Origin: Actinomycetota bacterium
GTDB lineage: Bacteria; Actinomycetota; UBA4738; HRBIN12
Direction of reading: 5' to 3'
Length of the DNA: 64,000 nt
Assembly (NCBI GenBank): GCA_035640355.1
Contig: DASQWI010000014.1
Span: forward strand, 9,133 to 73,132
Positions 9,616 to 23,253 of the stretch are shown here, in pieces. The stretch's first letter is position 1; every line of letters starts with the position of its first letter. The notes under the pieces were generated by a model. The model ran no database searches and was not told the origin of the DNA. It worked only from the letters and a program-made list of their open reading frames with translations. The translations under genes and the position numbers were made by a program.

Positions 9616-11757
9616 ATGCACCGATGGGGTCCGTGGGTTCTTGTCTCGCTCGCGGTGCTGTTCGGCCTCGTCGCGCTCCGCGCCGAGCTCTCACCGGCGC
9701 AGAACCTGAACGACGGCGCGGTCCACCGTTCGATGATCGCGTGGGCCGAGGACCGGTGGTCCGAGGGCCATCTCCCGCTCGACGGGTGGTATCCGCAGCT
9801 CGCGCTCGGGTCGTCCCGGTTCCACCGCTACCAGAGCCTGCCACACGTGTTGACGGGGCTCCTCGCGATCGCCGTCGACTCGCACCGCGCGTACACCATC
9901 ACGCTGTATCTCGGTCTCGCGCTGTGGCCGATCGCGGTGTTCGCCGGTGGACGACTTCTCGGTCTCGGGCGATGGCGTTCGGCCGCCGCAGCGCTCGTGT
10001 CACCGCTCATCGCGAGCGCACCGACGCTGGGCTACGAGTGGGGGAGCTACGCCTGGCGCGGCTACGGCACGTGGACGCAACTGTGGGGGATGTGGCTGCT
10101 GCCGATCGCGTGGGGGTTCGGCTACCGCGCGGTGGCTCGGGGGCGTTCGTACGCAGTTGCGGCGCTCATGATCGCGATGACCGTCGCGGTCCACCTGCTC
10201 ACGGGGTACCTCGCGCTGCTGTCGCTCGGGGTGCTCGTACTGGTTCGGCCGACGCGATTCGTGAAGCGGATCGCTCGCGCCGCCCTCGTCGGGATCGGGG
10301 CGTTCCTCATCGCGGCGTGGGTCATCGTGCCGTTACTCCTCGATCGGGCGACGACGATCCAGGACGAGTTCTCGCGGGGGAAGGTGTTCTACGACTCGTT
10401 CGGCGCGCGGCAGATCCTGTCGTGGATGGGCACCGGCCAGCTGTTCGATCGTGACCGCATCCCGGTCATCTCCCTGGCGGTGGCGGTCGGGCTCGGAGTC
10501 AGTGTGTGGCGATGGCGCCGAGACGAGCGCGTTCGCGTGGTCGTCGGGCTCACGCTGCTGTCGCTCTTGCTCTTCTTCGGGCGGACGACGTGGGGATCGG
10601 CGCTGCGGCTGCTACCGGGGTCGGGCGACCTGTTCCTGCGTCGCTACGTCTTCGGGGTCCACCTCGGGGGGCTGTACCTTGCGGGGATCGGTCTCGCATG
10701 GCTCGGCAGGGTCGTGACGTCTTGGTTGCGCCGCCGGGAGTGGACGTCCAGTTGGCGCTTCCTTCGCCCCGTGGCCCTCGTTTCGCTCGGCGTGCTGGTG
10801 CTCTCACCGGCGTGGGGTGAGCGCTGGAGCTGGGCAGCCGTCGGTGCCCGATGGATCAACGAGCAACAGGTCGCGGATCGGACCGAGGGTGCCGACGTCG
10901 CCGCGCTGGTCGCGATCGCTGATCGGCGTGCCCCGGGCCGGATCTACGGCGGTCTTCGTTCGAACTGGGGCGCGGCGTATCGGGTCGGCCAGGTGCCGCT
11001 GTACGCGGAACTGCTCAATCTCGACGTGCCAGAGGTCGGCTTCACCCGGCCGACGTGGTCCTTGTCCTCACCCGCGGAGTTCCGATTCCGCGACTCCGAC
11101 CCGGCGCACTTCGACGTGTTCGACGTTCGGTACATGATCCAGCCGGCGACGCGTCCGCCACCTGCGGACGCCGAGCTGATTGCGGAGCGGGGCCGGCACG
11201 CCTTGTGGGAGATCGCCGTCGACGGAGCTGTAGAGGTCGTCGATGTCGGACGGACGATCGAAGCGGATCGAACGAACCTCGGCGAGAAGATCGCGCCGTG
11301 GCTCGGCTCGGACCTACCGGGCGCGGACGTCTACCCGGGCATTGCGTTCGCCGGGTTCGAGCCGGCCGCACCAACGGTCACAGGAGATGAGGCGCCGCAG
11401 GCGGCGCCCGGCGTCGTGGTCGGTGCGTCGCTGCAGCTCGACGAGGGACGCGCGAGCGCAACCGTCGATGTGACACGACCCGCGGCCGTGATCCTCAAGG
11501 CGTCGTTCGACAACCGTTGGCGAGTGACCGTGGACGGCGACGAGGTCGAACCGCAGATGTTCGCGCCGAGCCTCGTCGGTCGCTTCGTCCCGGCGGGTGT
11601 GCACGACATCTCGTTCGAGTACGTCCCGTTCCCGCGCTACGACGCGTTGCTCGGGATCGGCGTGGCGACGTTCCTCGCATTGGTGTTCGTCTCGCGCCGG
11701 CTGGGGAGCAGAACTGCTCCCGACGGACGACTCATGGGTACGGATCCCGCGACATAA
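9616..11757 (+). CDS. Large polytopic integral membrane protein, GT-C-like topology (possible YfhO/ArnT-type glycosyltransferase). Family assignment is tentative.
   Basis: At least 10 predicted N-terminal TM helices rich in W/G/Y, a large soluble domain, and a single C-terminal TM (ALLGIGVATFLALVFV). Alternative GTG start at 9565. Confidence 0.55.
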   Translation: MHRWGPWVLVSLAVLFGLVALRAELSPAQNLNDGAVHRSMIAWAEDRWSEGHLPLDGWYPQLALGSSRFHRYQSLPHVLTGLLAIAVDSHRAYTITLYLGLALWPIAVFAGGRLLGLGRWRSAAAALVSPLIASAPTLGYEWGSYAWRGYGTWTQLWGMWLLPIAWGFGYRAVARGRSYAVAALMIAMTVAVHLLTGYLALLSLGVLVLVRPTRFVKRIARAALVGIGAFLIAAWVIVPLLLDRATTIQDEFSRGKVFYDSFGARQILSWMGTGQLFDRDRIPVISLAVAVGLGVSVWRWRRDERVRVVVGLTLLSLLLFFGRTTWGSALRLLPGSGDLFLRRYVFGVHLGGLYLAGIGLAWLGRVVTSWLRRREWTSSWRFLRPVALVSLGVLVLSPAWGERWSWAAVGARWINEQQVADRTEGADVAALVAIADRRAPGRIYGGLRSNWGAAYRVGQVPLYAELLNLDVPEVGFTRPTWSLSSPAEFRFRDSDPAHFDVFDVRYMIQPATRPPPADAELIAERGRHALWEIAVDGAVEVVDVGRTIEADRTNLGEKIAPWLGSDLPGADVYPGIAFAGFEPAAPTVTGDEAPQAAPGVVVGASLQLDEGRASATVDVTRPAAVILKASFDNRWRVTVDGDEVEPQMFAPSLVGRFVPAGVHDISFEYVPFPRYDALLGIGVATFLALVFVSRRLGSRTAPDGRLMGTDPAT

Positions 11758-11759
11758 TG

Positions 11760-11948
11760 CCCTTCAACATGGTGACGGTTGGCGAGGCCGGCCGCGCCGA
11801 GTATTTTTGGACGCGCCGCAGACAGCAGGGGCGCCGCATCATCCGGCCACGCCGGTACCTGCCGAGGCCATCGGACGTGCCGAACGGAGCACGCCTCCGC
11901 TCTCGCCTGCGGGGGCGTTTTTTCATGTACCGAGGGAGCCACAAGCAC
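11760..11948 (+). promoter_or_regulatory. rplJ (L10) 5' leader region, candidate L10(L12)-binding autoregulatory leader
   Basis: About 190-nt untranslated leader between the membrane-protein stop and the rplJ ATG. Rfam L10-leader-type elements occupy this position. Confidence 0.4.
11893..11923 (+). terminator. Attenuator-like hairpin with a T6 tract in the rplJ leader
   Basis: GC-rich stem region (CCGC...GCGG, GGGGGCG) followed by TTTTTT at 11918-11923. T6 is rare in this ~70% GC sequence. Confidence 0.3.
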
Positions 11949-12710
11949 ATGCCAAGTGCAGAGAAGATCGCGAAGGTCGAGGCGCTCAAAGGCCGGATCG
12001 AATCCTCGGAGGCGCTTCTGCTCGCCGAGTACCGCGGCCTGACCGTCCACGACGCGACCGAGCTCCGCCGGTCCCTGCAGGACGAGGCGAGGTTCTCCAT
12101 AGTGAAGAACACGCTCATGCAGCGTGCGGCGGGCGAGGCAGGCATCCAGCTCGAAGCGTTGCTGAGCGGGCCGACCGCGGTCGCGTTCGTGCGGGGCGAT
12201 GTCGTCGCGGCCGCGAAGCAGATCGTCGACGCGGCAAAGCGCTTCCCAGCGCTCGTCATCAAGGGCGCATACATGGAGGGCCGTGTCCTCGACGCGGCCG
12301 AGGCGCAGGCTCTGGCAACACTGGAGTCACGCGAGGCGATGCTCTCGAGGATCGCGGGGCTCATGAAGGCCGACATGTCGCGCGCCGCGTCGATGCTCCA
12401 ACAGCTGCAGAGCCGGTTCGTCGGACTCCTCGAGGCCTACCGCGACAAGCTTCCCGGGGAGGCCGTCGAGACGGAGGCGGCGGGTGCAGCCGAGAAGGCC
12501 GAGCCACCTCACGCCGAAACGAGCCCGGGTGAGACAGAGGAGGCGCCCACCGCCGAGACCGCCGCCGAAGCGGACACGGCCGAACCGGCCTCACCGGAGG
12601 AGCCGGCGGAGGAACCAGAGGCGGCCAACGGATCACACGAAACGGAAGCCACCGAACCAGACGAAGGCGCGACGACCGGCGACGAACCGGATCACGCTCC
12701 AGACGAATAA
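11949..12710 (+). CDS. rplJ: 50S ribosomal protein L10 with ~80-aa acidic P/E/A/T-rich C-terminal tail
   Basis: ATG 11949 ([15 protein letters not shown]...) inside the listed 11517..12710 ORF. The N-terminal 170 aa is L10-like. Tail [43 protein letters not shown]... Confidence 0.9.
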   Translation: MPSAEKIAKVEALKGRIESSEALLLAEYRGLTVHDATELRRSLQDEARFSIVKNTLMQRAAGEAGIQLEALLSGPTAVAFVRGDVVAAAKQIVDAAKRFPALVIKGAYMEGRVLDAAEAQALATLESREAMLSRIAGLMKADMSRAASMLQQLQSRFVGLLEAYRDKLPGEAVETEAAGAAEKAEPPHAETSPGETEEAPTAETAAEADTAEPASPEEPAEEPEAANGSHETEATEPDEGATTGDEPDHAPDE

Positions 12711-12726
12711 AGGAAGGAGAACCCGA

Positions 12727-13116
12727 ATGGCGAAGATCAGCTCGGACGACCTGCTCGACCAGTTCAAGGACATGACGCTCCTCGAGCTGTCCGAGTTCAT
12801 CAAGAAGTTCGAAGAGACGTTCGACGTCAAGGCCGCTGCGGCCGCGCCCATGATGATGGCCGGTGCCGCAGGGGGTGCGCAGGCCGCCGAGGAGGTCGAG
12901 GAGCAGACGGAGTTCGACGTCATCCTCACCGGAGCCGGCGACAAGAAGATCCAGGTCATCAAGGAGGTCCGCGCGCTCACCAGCCTCGGGTTGAAGGAGG
13001 CCAAGGATCTGGTGGACGGGGCCCCCAAGCCGGTGCTCGAACGGGTCAACAAGGAAGCCGCCGACAAGGCCAAGGAGCAGCTCGAGGGCGCCGGCGCAAC
13101 GGTCGAGGTCAAGTAG
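12727..13116 (+). CDS. rplL: 50S ribosomal protein L7/L12
   Basis: [34 protein letters not shown]..., 129 aa. Confidence 0.95.
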   Translation: MAKISSDDLLDQFKDMTLLELSEFIKKFEETFDVKAAAAAPMMMAGAAGGAQAAEEVEEQTEFDVILTGAGDKKIQVIKEVRALTSLGLKEAKDLVDGAPKPVLERVNKEAADKAKEQLEGAGATVEVK

Positions 13117-13230
13117 GCCCGGCCTTCAAGCGTCGAGCGGTTGAGGACCGACGATGCTGAAACCCGGTTTGCGTGCACTGGGAGTGGCGCAGTAGGTTCC
13201 GGACGCAACCGGTACCCAGGGGGGCAGGAT

Positions 13231-13629
13231 ATGAGTGACGAGCGGACGTTCGGCCAGCGCTTGCGCGAGAACAGGATCAAGTCCGGGTTCTCCCAGTCGG
13301 ATCTCGAGGAGATCTCGGGGATCCCGAAGGCTCGGCTCTCGCGCTACGAGAACGGCCACGTGGCGCCGTCGATCCAGACCCTCGAGCGACTCGCTCGCGC
13401 GCTGCAGGTATCGGAGGCCTCGCTCCTGGGTGATGACCGGGCGCGGATGGAGGAGTTCTTCGGCGTGCTGACCGAGCGCGGCGTCCGGATCCAGACGAGC
13501 GAGCAAGCCACTGCGCTGGGCAACGCGGTCGCGGATATCGCCCGCGCGCTCGGCATGGTCGACGAGTCCGCAGTCGTCACAAGCGGCGGCGAGCATCGCA
13601 TCGCGGCTCTCACGCCCACGGGCGACTGA
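13231..13629 (+). CDS. XRE-family helix-turn-helix transcriptional regulator
   Basis: HTH_XRE motif (FGQRLRENRIKSGFSQSDLEEISGIPKARLSRYENG). ATG 13231 with a GGGGCAGG RBS. Lies between rplL and rpoB. Confidence 0.7.
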   Translation: MSDERTFGQRLRENRIKSGFSQSDLEEISGIPKARLSRYENGHVAPSIQTLERLARALQVSEASLLGDDRARMEEFFGVLTERGVRIQTSEQATALGNAVADIARALGMVDESAVVTSGGEHRIAALTPTGD

Positions 13630-13682
13630 CCCAACCGGCCGTCGGCTCCAGGCACTGAACGACGATCAGGGGTTGACCCCGA

Positions 13683-13711
13683 TGGGCCAGGGGAGTAACC
13701 TGCGTCCCGAT
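13683..13711 (+). promoter_or_regulatory. Putative promoter P1 upstream of rpoB
   Basis: -35 TTGACC, 17-nt spacer, -10 TAACCT. Confidence 0.3.
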
Positions 13712-13738
13712 TTGGACCGGGTGCCCCGCCCGGGGATT

Positions 13739-13767
13739 GACGCTGCCTGGGGCTTCTCGTAGACTGC
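13739..13767 (+). promoter_or_regulatory. Putative promoter P2 upstream of rpoB
   Basis: -35 TTGACG, 17-nt spacer, -10 TAGACT, about 70 nt upstream of the rpoB TTG start. Confidence 0.35.
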
Positions 13768-13838
13768 TCTGTTGCCGTGCCGTCTCCCGCCTGCCCGGAT
13801 TCCAGGCGCCGCCGCATTCACCCTGGGGGGGATAGTTC

Positions 13839-16800
13839 TTGCCTGACCAGCTGGTCCCTGTTCGCGATCGTGTCAGTTTCGCCAAGCTCGACGAGGTCCT
13901 TCCGCTTCCCGACCTCGTCGGCGTTCAGAGAGAGTCCTTCGATCAGCTCCTTGCCGAGGGCCTGAAGGAGGTCCTCGAGGAAGTCTCTCCGATCGAGGAC
14001 TTCACGGAGCAGTTCCAGCTCCACTTCGGGAAGCACACCTTCAAGGAGCAGAAGTTCTCCGAGGAGGAGGCCAAGGACAAGGATCAAACGTTCTCCCGCC
14101 CCTTGTTCGTCGAGGCCATGTTCGTCAACAAGGCCACCGGCGAGATCAAGGAGCAGGAGGTCTTTATGGGTGACTTCCCCATGATGACCGAGCGGGGGAC
14201 CTTCATCATCAACGGCACCGAGCGTGTCGTGGTGTCTCAGCTCGTCCGCTCGCCGGGCGTGTACTTCAGCCATGACATCGACAAGACAACCGACAAGGAC
14301 GTCTTCGTGGCGAAGATCATCCCGTCGCGCGGCGCCTGGCTCGAGTTCGACGTCGACAAGAAGGACACCGTCGGCGTCCGCATCGACCGAAAGCGCCGCC
14401 AGAGCGTCACCATCTTGCTGAAGGCGCTCGGCTGGTCCACCGAGGAGATCCTCCAGCTGTTCGAGCACGCCCCGTCCATCCAGAACACCCTGGAGAAGGA
14501 CCACTTCGAGACGCCCGAGGAGGCGCTCGAGGATATCTACCGGAAGCTCCGCCCGGGCGAGCCGCCCACGGCGGAGTCGGCGCGCACGCTTCTGGAGAAC
14601 CTCTTCTTCAATCCCAAGCGGTACGACCTGGCGCGAGTGGGCCGGTACAAGGTCAACAAGAAGCTCGAGGCGGCCCAAGGCGTCCTCGCGACTCAGCTTC
14701 GAGCCCGTGCCAAGCAACTGGACGAGCTGGCCAATCCCGACAAGAAGGGCTGGGATCAGCCGCGCTACCGTGTGTGGGGCGAGCTCCAGAAGGACGAGCA
14801 GGGTGAGGGCGGTCCCAAGTACAAGAGCATCCTCACCTACGAGGACATGCTGCGAACCGTCCGCTACCTGGTGAAGCTCCACGCGGGCGAAGAGGGGTAC
14901 GAGCCCGACGACATCGACCACTTCGGCAACCGGCGGCTCCGCTCGGTCGGCGAGCTGATCCAGAACCAGATCCGGATCGGCCTGTCCCGGATGGAGCGCG
15001 TCGTCCGCGAGCGGATGACCACTCAGGACGTCGAGGCGATCACCCCACAGACGCTGATCAACATCCGGCCCGTCGTCGCGTCGATCAAGGAGTTCTTCGG
15101 GACCTCGCAGCTGTCGCAGTTCCTGGACCAGACCAACCCGCTGGCGAGCCTGACCCACAAGCGGCGCCTGTCGGCGCTCGGACCGGGAGGGCTCTCGCGC
15201 GAGCGCGCCGGCTTCGAGGTCCGCGATGTCCACGCCAGCCACTACGGCCGGATGTGCCCGATCGAGACTCCGGAGGGTCCGAACATCGGCCTGATCGGCT
15301 CGCTGTCGACCTACGGACGGATCAATCAGTTCGGGTTCGTCGAGACGCCGTATCGCCGCGTCACCGCCGGTAAGGCCACAGACAAGATCGACTACCTGTC
15401 GGCCGACGAGGAGGACCGGCACGTCATCGCCCAGGCCAACGAGCCGCTGAAAAGTGATGGGCGGTTCGCGAACGCTGCGGTGCTGGTTCGGCGCAAGGGC
15501 GGCGAGGTCGACCAGGTTGCCCCGGACGAGGTGGACTACATGGACGTCTCGCCGAAGCAGATCATCTCGGTGGGGGCGGCCCTGATCCCCTTCCTGGAGC
15601 ACGACGACGCCAACCGGGCCCTCATGGGCGCGAACATGCAGCGCCAGGCGGTGCCCCTGCTCCGCTCCGAGGCCCCGCTGGTGGGCACCGGCGTGGAGTT
15701 CCGTGCCGCGGTGGACGCCGGCGACGTCGTCCTGGCCGAGGAGGCGGGAGTTGTCGAGGACGTCTCGGCGGAAGACGTCGTGGTCCGCGAGCGGACCGGG
15801 AACCTGCGCACCTACCGACTCGAGAAGTTCCGCCGGTCCAACCAGGGCACCTCGATGAACCAGAAGCCGATCGTCGCGACCGGCGACAAGGTCGTGAAGA
15901 ACCAGGTCATCGCGGACGGCCCATCCACGGAGTCCGGCGAGATGGCGCTCGGCCGCAACCTGATCGTCGCGTACATGCCCTGGGAGGGCCACAACTACGA
16001 GGACGCCATCATCATCTCGGAGCGTCTCGTGAAGGACGACGTGCTGACGTCGGTCCACATCGAGGAGCACGAGGTCGACGCGCGCGACACCAAGCTCGGA
16101 GCCGAGGAGATCACGCGGGACATCCCCAACGTCTCCGAGGAGATCCTGAAGGACCTCGACGAGCGCGGCATCGTCCGCATCGGCGCCGAGGTGAACCCCG
16201 GCGACTACCTGGTCGGCAAGGTCACACCCAAGGGTGAGACCGAGCTGACGCCCGAGGAGCGCCTGCTCCGCGCGATCTTCGGAGAGAAGGCGCGAGAGGT
16301 TCGCGACACGTCACTGAAGGTTCCGCACGGTGAGAGCGGCAAGGTCATCGGCGTTCGGGTGTTCACTCGGGAGGAGGGCGACGAGCTCCCGCCCGGCGTG
16401 AATCAGCTGGTACGGGTATATGTGGCGCAGAAGCGGAAGATCTCCGACGGCGACAAGCTCGCCGGCCGCCACGGAAACAAGGGCGTCATCTCGACGATCC
16501 TGCCCGAGGAGGACATGCCGTTCCTCGCGGACGGGACGCCGGTCGACATCATCCTGAACCCGCTCGGCGTGCCGTCGCGGATGAACCTCGGGCAGGTCCT
16601 CGAGGCGCACCTCGGGTGGGCAGGGCTGGTGGGGTTCCGAAAGGACGGCCAGGACTTCACCGGGCCCGTCTATGTCGAGACGCCCGTGTTCGACGGCGCC
16701 CGTGAGAACGAGATCCTCGAGGCGATCCGGTCGGCTCATCCGAATGCGGACGGCGTGCGGCTGGTCGACGAGGTCGGCAAGGCCGTCCTGTTCGACGGGC

Positions 16801-17291
16801 GAACGGGCGAGCCCTACGAGGAGCCGGTCACGGTGGGTGTGGCCTACATCCTGAAGCTGCTCCACCTGGTCGACGACAAGATCCACGCTCGATCGACCGG
16901 GCCCTACTCGATGATCACGCAGCAGCCGCTCGGCGGGAAGGCGCAGTTCGGCGGCCAGCGGTTCGGCGAGATGGAGGTGTGGGCGTTGGAGGCCTACGGC
17001 GCGGCGTACGCGCTGCAGGAGCTGCTCACCATCAAGTCGGACGACGTCCTGGGCCGGGTAAAGGTGTATGAGGCGATCGTGAAGGGCGAGAACATCCCCG
17101 AGCCGGGGATCCCCGAGTCATTCAAGGTCCTCATCAAGGAGATGCAGTCGCTCTGCCTGAACGTCGAGGTCCGCTCGGCCGAGGGCGAGGAGATCGAGCT
17201 TCGCGAGACCGACGAGGACGTGTTCCGCGCGGCCGAGGAGCTGGGCATCGACCTGTCGAGGCGTGAGCCGGCCGGCGCGGACTTCGACTGA
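13839..17291 (+). CDS. rpoB: DNA-directed RNA polymerase subunit beta
   Basis: 1150 aa, TTG start. Conserved N-terminus ([27 protein letters not shown]) and signature motifs ([20 protein letters not shown]). Confidence 0.95.
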   Translation: MPDQLVPVRDRVSFAKLDEVLPLPDLVGVQRESFDQLLAEGLKEVLEEVSPIEDFTEQFQLHFGKHTFKEQKFSEEEAKDKDQTFSRPLFVEAMFVNKATGEIKEQEVFMGDFPMMTERGTFIINGTERVVVSQLVRSPGVYFSHDIDKTTDKDVFVAKIIPSRGAWLEFDVDKKDTVGVRIDRKRRQSVTILLKALGWSTEEILQLFEHAPSIQNTLEKDHFETPEEALEDIYRKLRPGEPPTAESARTLLENLFFNPKRYDLARVGRYKVNKKLEAAQGVLATQLRARAKQLDELANPDKKGWDQPRYRVWGELQKDEQGEGGPKYKSILTYEDMLRTVRYLVKLHAGEEGYEPDDIDHFGNRRLRSVGELIQNQIRIGLSRMERVVRERMTTQDVEAITPQTLINIRPVVASIKEFFGTSQLSQFLDQTNPLASLTHKRRLSALGPGGLSRERAGFEVRDVHASHYGRMCPIETPEGPNIGLIGSLSTYGRINQFGFVETPYRRVTAGKATDKIDYLSADEEDRHVIAQANEPLKSDGRFANAAVLVRRKGGEVDQVAPDEVDYMDVSPKQIISVGAALIPFLEHDDANRALMGANMQRQAVPLLRSEAPLVGTGVEFRAAVDAGDVVLAEEAGVVEDVSAEDVVVRERTGNLRTYRLEKFRRSNQGTSMNQKPIVATGDKVVKNQVIADGPSTESGEMALGRNLIVAYMPWEGHNYEDAIIISERLVKDDVLTSVHIEEHEVDARDTKLGAEEITRDIPNVSEEILKDLDERGIVRIGAEVNPGDYLVGKVTPKGETELTPEERLLRAIFGEKAREVRDTSLKVPHGESGKVIGVRVFTREEGDELPPGVNQLVRVYVAQKRKISDGDKLAGRHGNKGVISTILPEEDMPFLADGTPVDIILNPLGVPSRMNLGQVLEAHLGWAGLVGFRKDGQDFTGPVYVETPVFDGARENEILEAIRSAHPNADGVRLVDEVGKAVLFDGRTGEPYEEPVTVGVAYILKLLHLVDDKIHARSTGPYSMITQQPLGGKAQFGGQRFGEMEVWALEAYGAAYALQELLTIKSDDVLGRVKVYEAIVKGENIPEPGIPESFKVLIKEMQSLCLNVEVRSAEGEEIELRETDEDVFRAAEELGIDLSRREPAGADFD

Positions 17292-17370
17292 GTTGGCTGC
17301 TCACAGGGGTTTCGGGAACACGAAATCGTTATACGAGATGCAGGGGTCGACGCACGGGGAGGCCTGCTGA

Positions 17371-21303
<3,933 letters not shown>

Positions 21304-21346
21304 CGGCCACCGCGGCGTTCGCGACTTCTGCTCGGATTACCACGGC

Positions 21347-21368
21347 GCGGGCGGCCTGAGGGCCGCCC
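21347..21368. terminator. GC-rich hairpin between convergent rpoC and the MarR gene (possible bidirectional terminator, no U-tract)
   Basis: GCGGGCGGCC-TGAG-GGCCGCCC stem-loop about 45 nt after the rpoC stop. Confidence 0.3.
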
Positions 21369-21384
21369 TCGCCGCCTGGCGCAG

Positions 21385-21843
21385 CTAGTCGAACCACCAG
21401 CCCTGTCGAGCCGGACGGAGTGCACGCTCACACTGCTCCAAGGTCTCGAGCGCGCGCCGACGGTCCTCTGCGGACATCTGCCCGAGTCCTGCGACAGCTC
21501 TGGCGTTGACGGCGTCCAACGCGTTGGCGAGTCGCCGACGTCCGCGACGAGTCAACGTGATTGGCTTCGCGCCGACGTCGGGCGGCAGGACGTCGACGAG
21601 ACCACCCAGCTCGAGCTGTCTGACGAGTCTGTGAATGCCCTGTCTCGTGGCATCCAGCTCCCGGGCGATCAGGCTCGCGTGCATATTCGGGCGCTCATCG
21701 AGGAGCAGCAAAACCTCCACCTGGGCGTATGAGAGACCGAGTCCTTCGACGGCGGCATTTAGCCGAATCCGAAGGACGCGGTGAAGTCGGCGCTCGGCCG
21801 CCACGAGTTCGCGCGGGCTGGCTGCGCGGGGTGCTCGACTCAC
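21385..21843 (-). CDS. MarR-family transcriptional regulator
   Basis: Winged-helix MarR region (LSYAQVEVLLLLDERPNMHASLIARELDATRQGIHRLVRQLELGGLV). The listed ORF (to 22212) has a non-MarR, low-complexity N-terminus. GTG at 21843 proposed as start. Confidence 0.6.
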   Translation of the reverse strand: MSRAPRAASPRELVAAERRLHRVLRIRLNAAVEGLGLSYAQVEVLLLLDERPNMHASLIARELDATRQGIHRLVRQLELGGLVDVLPPDVGAKPITLTRRGRRRLANALDAVNARAVAGLGQMSAEDRRRALETLEQCERALRPARQGWWFD

Positions 21844-21984
21844 CGCCGGCTGGTTGGACGGCAGCACGACCCGAGATGCGATGCATACCGTGGACCAACG
21901 ACGGTGCCTGTCCTTTGTCCGGGTGCCTCGGGGTCGCCCGACTGCTGCTGTCCCCTTTCGCGGAGTCCCCTCTCGCGGCGAGTG

Positions 21985-22034
21985 GTCAATACCTTGACAG
22001 CAAAACCGCAGGTCAGATCCGTCAAGGTGTTGAC
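21985..22034. promoter_or_regulatory. Two perfect inverted repeats GTCAA-N4-TTGAC, candidate MarR operators
   Basis: GTCAAtaccTTGAC (21985-21998) and GTCAAggtgTTGAC (22021-22034), centres 36 bp apart. Located in the MarR upstream region and upstream of the rpsL promoter. Confidence 0.4.
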
Positions 22035-22112
22035 ACGTCCGCCGGAGAGGGCGGGTCGCCTCTCTCAGACGTCTCGGGCCTCCTAGAGCGGAATAGCCAC
22101 CTCCGCCGTTCG

Positions 22113-22142
22113 TTGACACCCTTGGTTCGTGCCCGGTAACCT
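22113..22142 (+). promoter_or_regulatory. Putative promoter of the str operon (rpsL-rpsG-fusA-tuf)
   Basis: -35 TTGACA, 18-nt spacer, -10 TAACCT. Leaves a 5' leader of about 220 nt before the rpsL ATG. Confidence 0.4.
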
Positions 22143-22365
22143 GCTTATTCGCGTCCGGCTCGGCGGGCGAGCCGGCATTCAGCACGCTTCCAGGGGGTAA
22201 CCCGAGGGACACCTGCGCCCAGCACGTGGGTCACCATTCTGGGAGCCGGGCCGATGGCCCGGCTCTTTCGTCGGGAAAGGGGATGGAGGCGACAAGCCCC
22301 GACCACCCGGCAGAGGGGCCGCCTCACCGGCCCGTTGACAAGTCAAGAGTGCAGACGAGAGGACC

Positions 22366-22740
22366 ATGCCCACCATTCAACAGCTCGTGCGGAACGGCCG
22401 GACCCGGCCCACGCACAAGACGAAGGCTCCCGCCCTCAAGGGCTCCCCGCAGCGGCGGGGCGTCTGCACGCGCGTTCAGACGATCACTCCCAAGAAGCCG
22501 AACTCCGCGCTCCGCAAGGTCGCCCGCGTTCGCCTGACCACCGGGGTCGAGGTCACCGCGTACATCCCCGGCGTCGGGCACAACCTGCAGGAACACTCGA
22601 TCGTGCTCGTTCGCGCGGGTCGCGTTCGGGATCTCCCCGGCGTTCGGTACAAGGTCATCCGCGGCACGCTCGACACGGCCGGCGTTCGCGACCGGAAGAA
22701 GGCACGGTCGCGCTACGGCGCCAAGAAGGGTGGGGAGTGA
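22366..22740 (+). CDS. rpsL: 30S ribosomal protein S12
   Basis: [12 protein letters not shown]..., [10 protein letters not shown] motif. GAGAGGA RBS. Confidence 0.95.
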   Translation: MPTIQQLVRNGRTRPTHKTKAPALKGSPQRRGVCTRVQTITPKKPNSALRKVARVRLTTGVEVTAYIPGVGHNLQEHSIVLVRAGRVRDLPGVRYKVIRGTLDTAGVRDRKKARSRYGAKKGGE

Positions 22741-22747
22741 TCGCGCC

Positions 22748-23218
22748 ATGCCGCGCAAGGGCCCTGCCGTACGCCGTGAGATCCTCCCCGACCCCGTCTA
22801 TCAGAACGTTCTCGTAACGCAGCTCATCAACAAGGTTCTGCTGGACGGCAAGAAGTCGCTCGCCGAGCGGACCGTGTACAAGTCCCTCGAGGTCATCAGC
22901 GAGCGCACTTCGAACGACCCGGTGATCGCCTTGAAGAAGGCGGTCGAGAACGTTCGTCCGCTCCTGGAAGTGCGCTCCCGCCGCGTCGGGGGCGCCAACT
23001 ACCAGGTGCCCGTCGAGGTCCGGCCCGCCCGCGGGACCACGCTCGCCCTTCGCTGGCTCGTGAACAACGCGCGAGCCCGCAAGGAGCATTCGATGGCCGA
23101 GCGACTCGTGGGCGAGATCATGGACGCCTCCAACGGCCAAGGCGTCTCGGTCAAGCGGCGCGAGGACATGCACAAGATGGCGGACGCCAACCGCGCGTTC
23201 GCGCACTACCGATGGTGA
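22748..23218 (+). CDS. rpsG: 30S ribosomal protein S7
   Basis: ATG 22748 ([18 protein letters not shown]...), 156 aa. Confidence 0.95.
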   Translation: MPRKGPAVRREILPDPVYQNVLVTQLINKVLLDGKKSLAERTVYKSLEVISERTSNDPVIALKKAVENVRPLLEVRSRRVGGANYQVPVEVRPARGTTLALRWLVNNARARKEHSMAERLVGEIMDASNGQGVSVKRREDMHKMADANRAFAHYRW

Positions 23219-23253
23219 TCGACGACAACACCGTGGCCGGAGGTCGCTGACAA

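Noticed and set aside
9624-10454. 276-aa plus-strand ORF in an alternative frame of the membrane-protein gene
   Set aside because: Arg/Pro-rich nonsense. The membrane-protein frame has coherent TM helices.
13818-16070. 750-aa minus-strand ORF
   Set aside because: It is antisense to rpoB, whose conserved RNA-polymerase beta motifs are unambiguous. This is the usual long spurious antisense ORF of high-GC DNA.
22226-22817. ORFs in the rpsL leader and in alternative frames of rpsL
   Set aside because: Arg/Pro/Ser-rich GC-frame artefacts overlapping the S12 gene and its 5' UTR.
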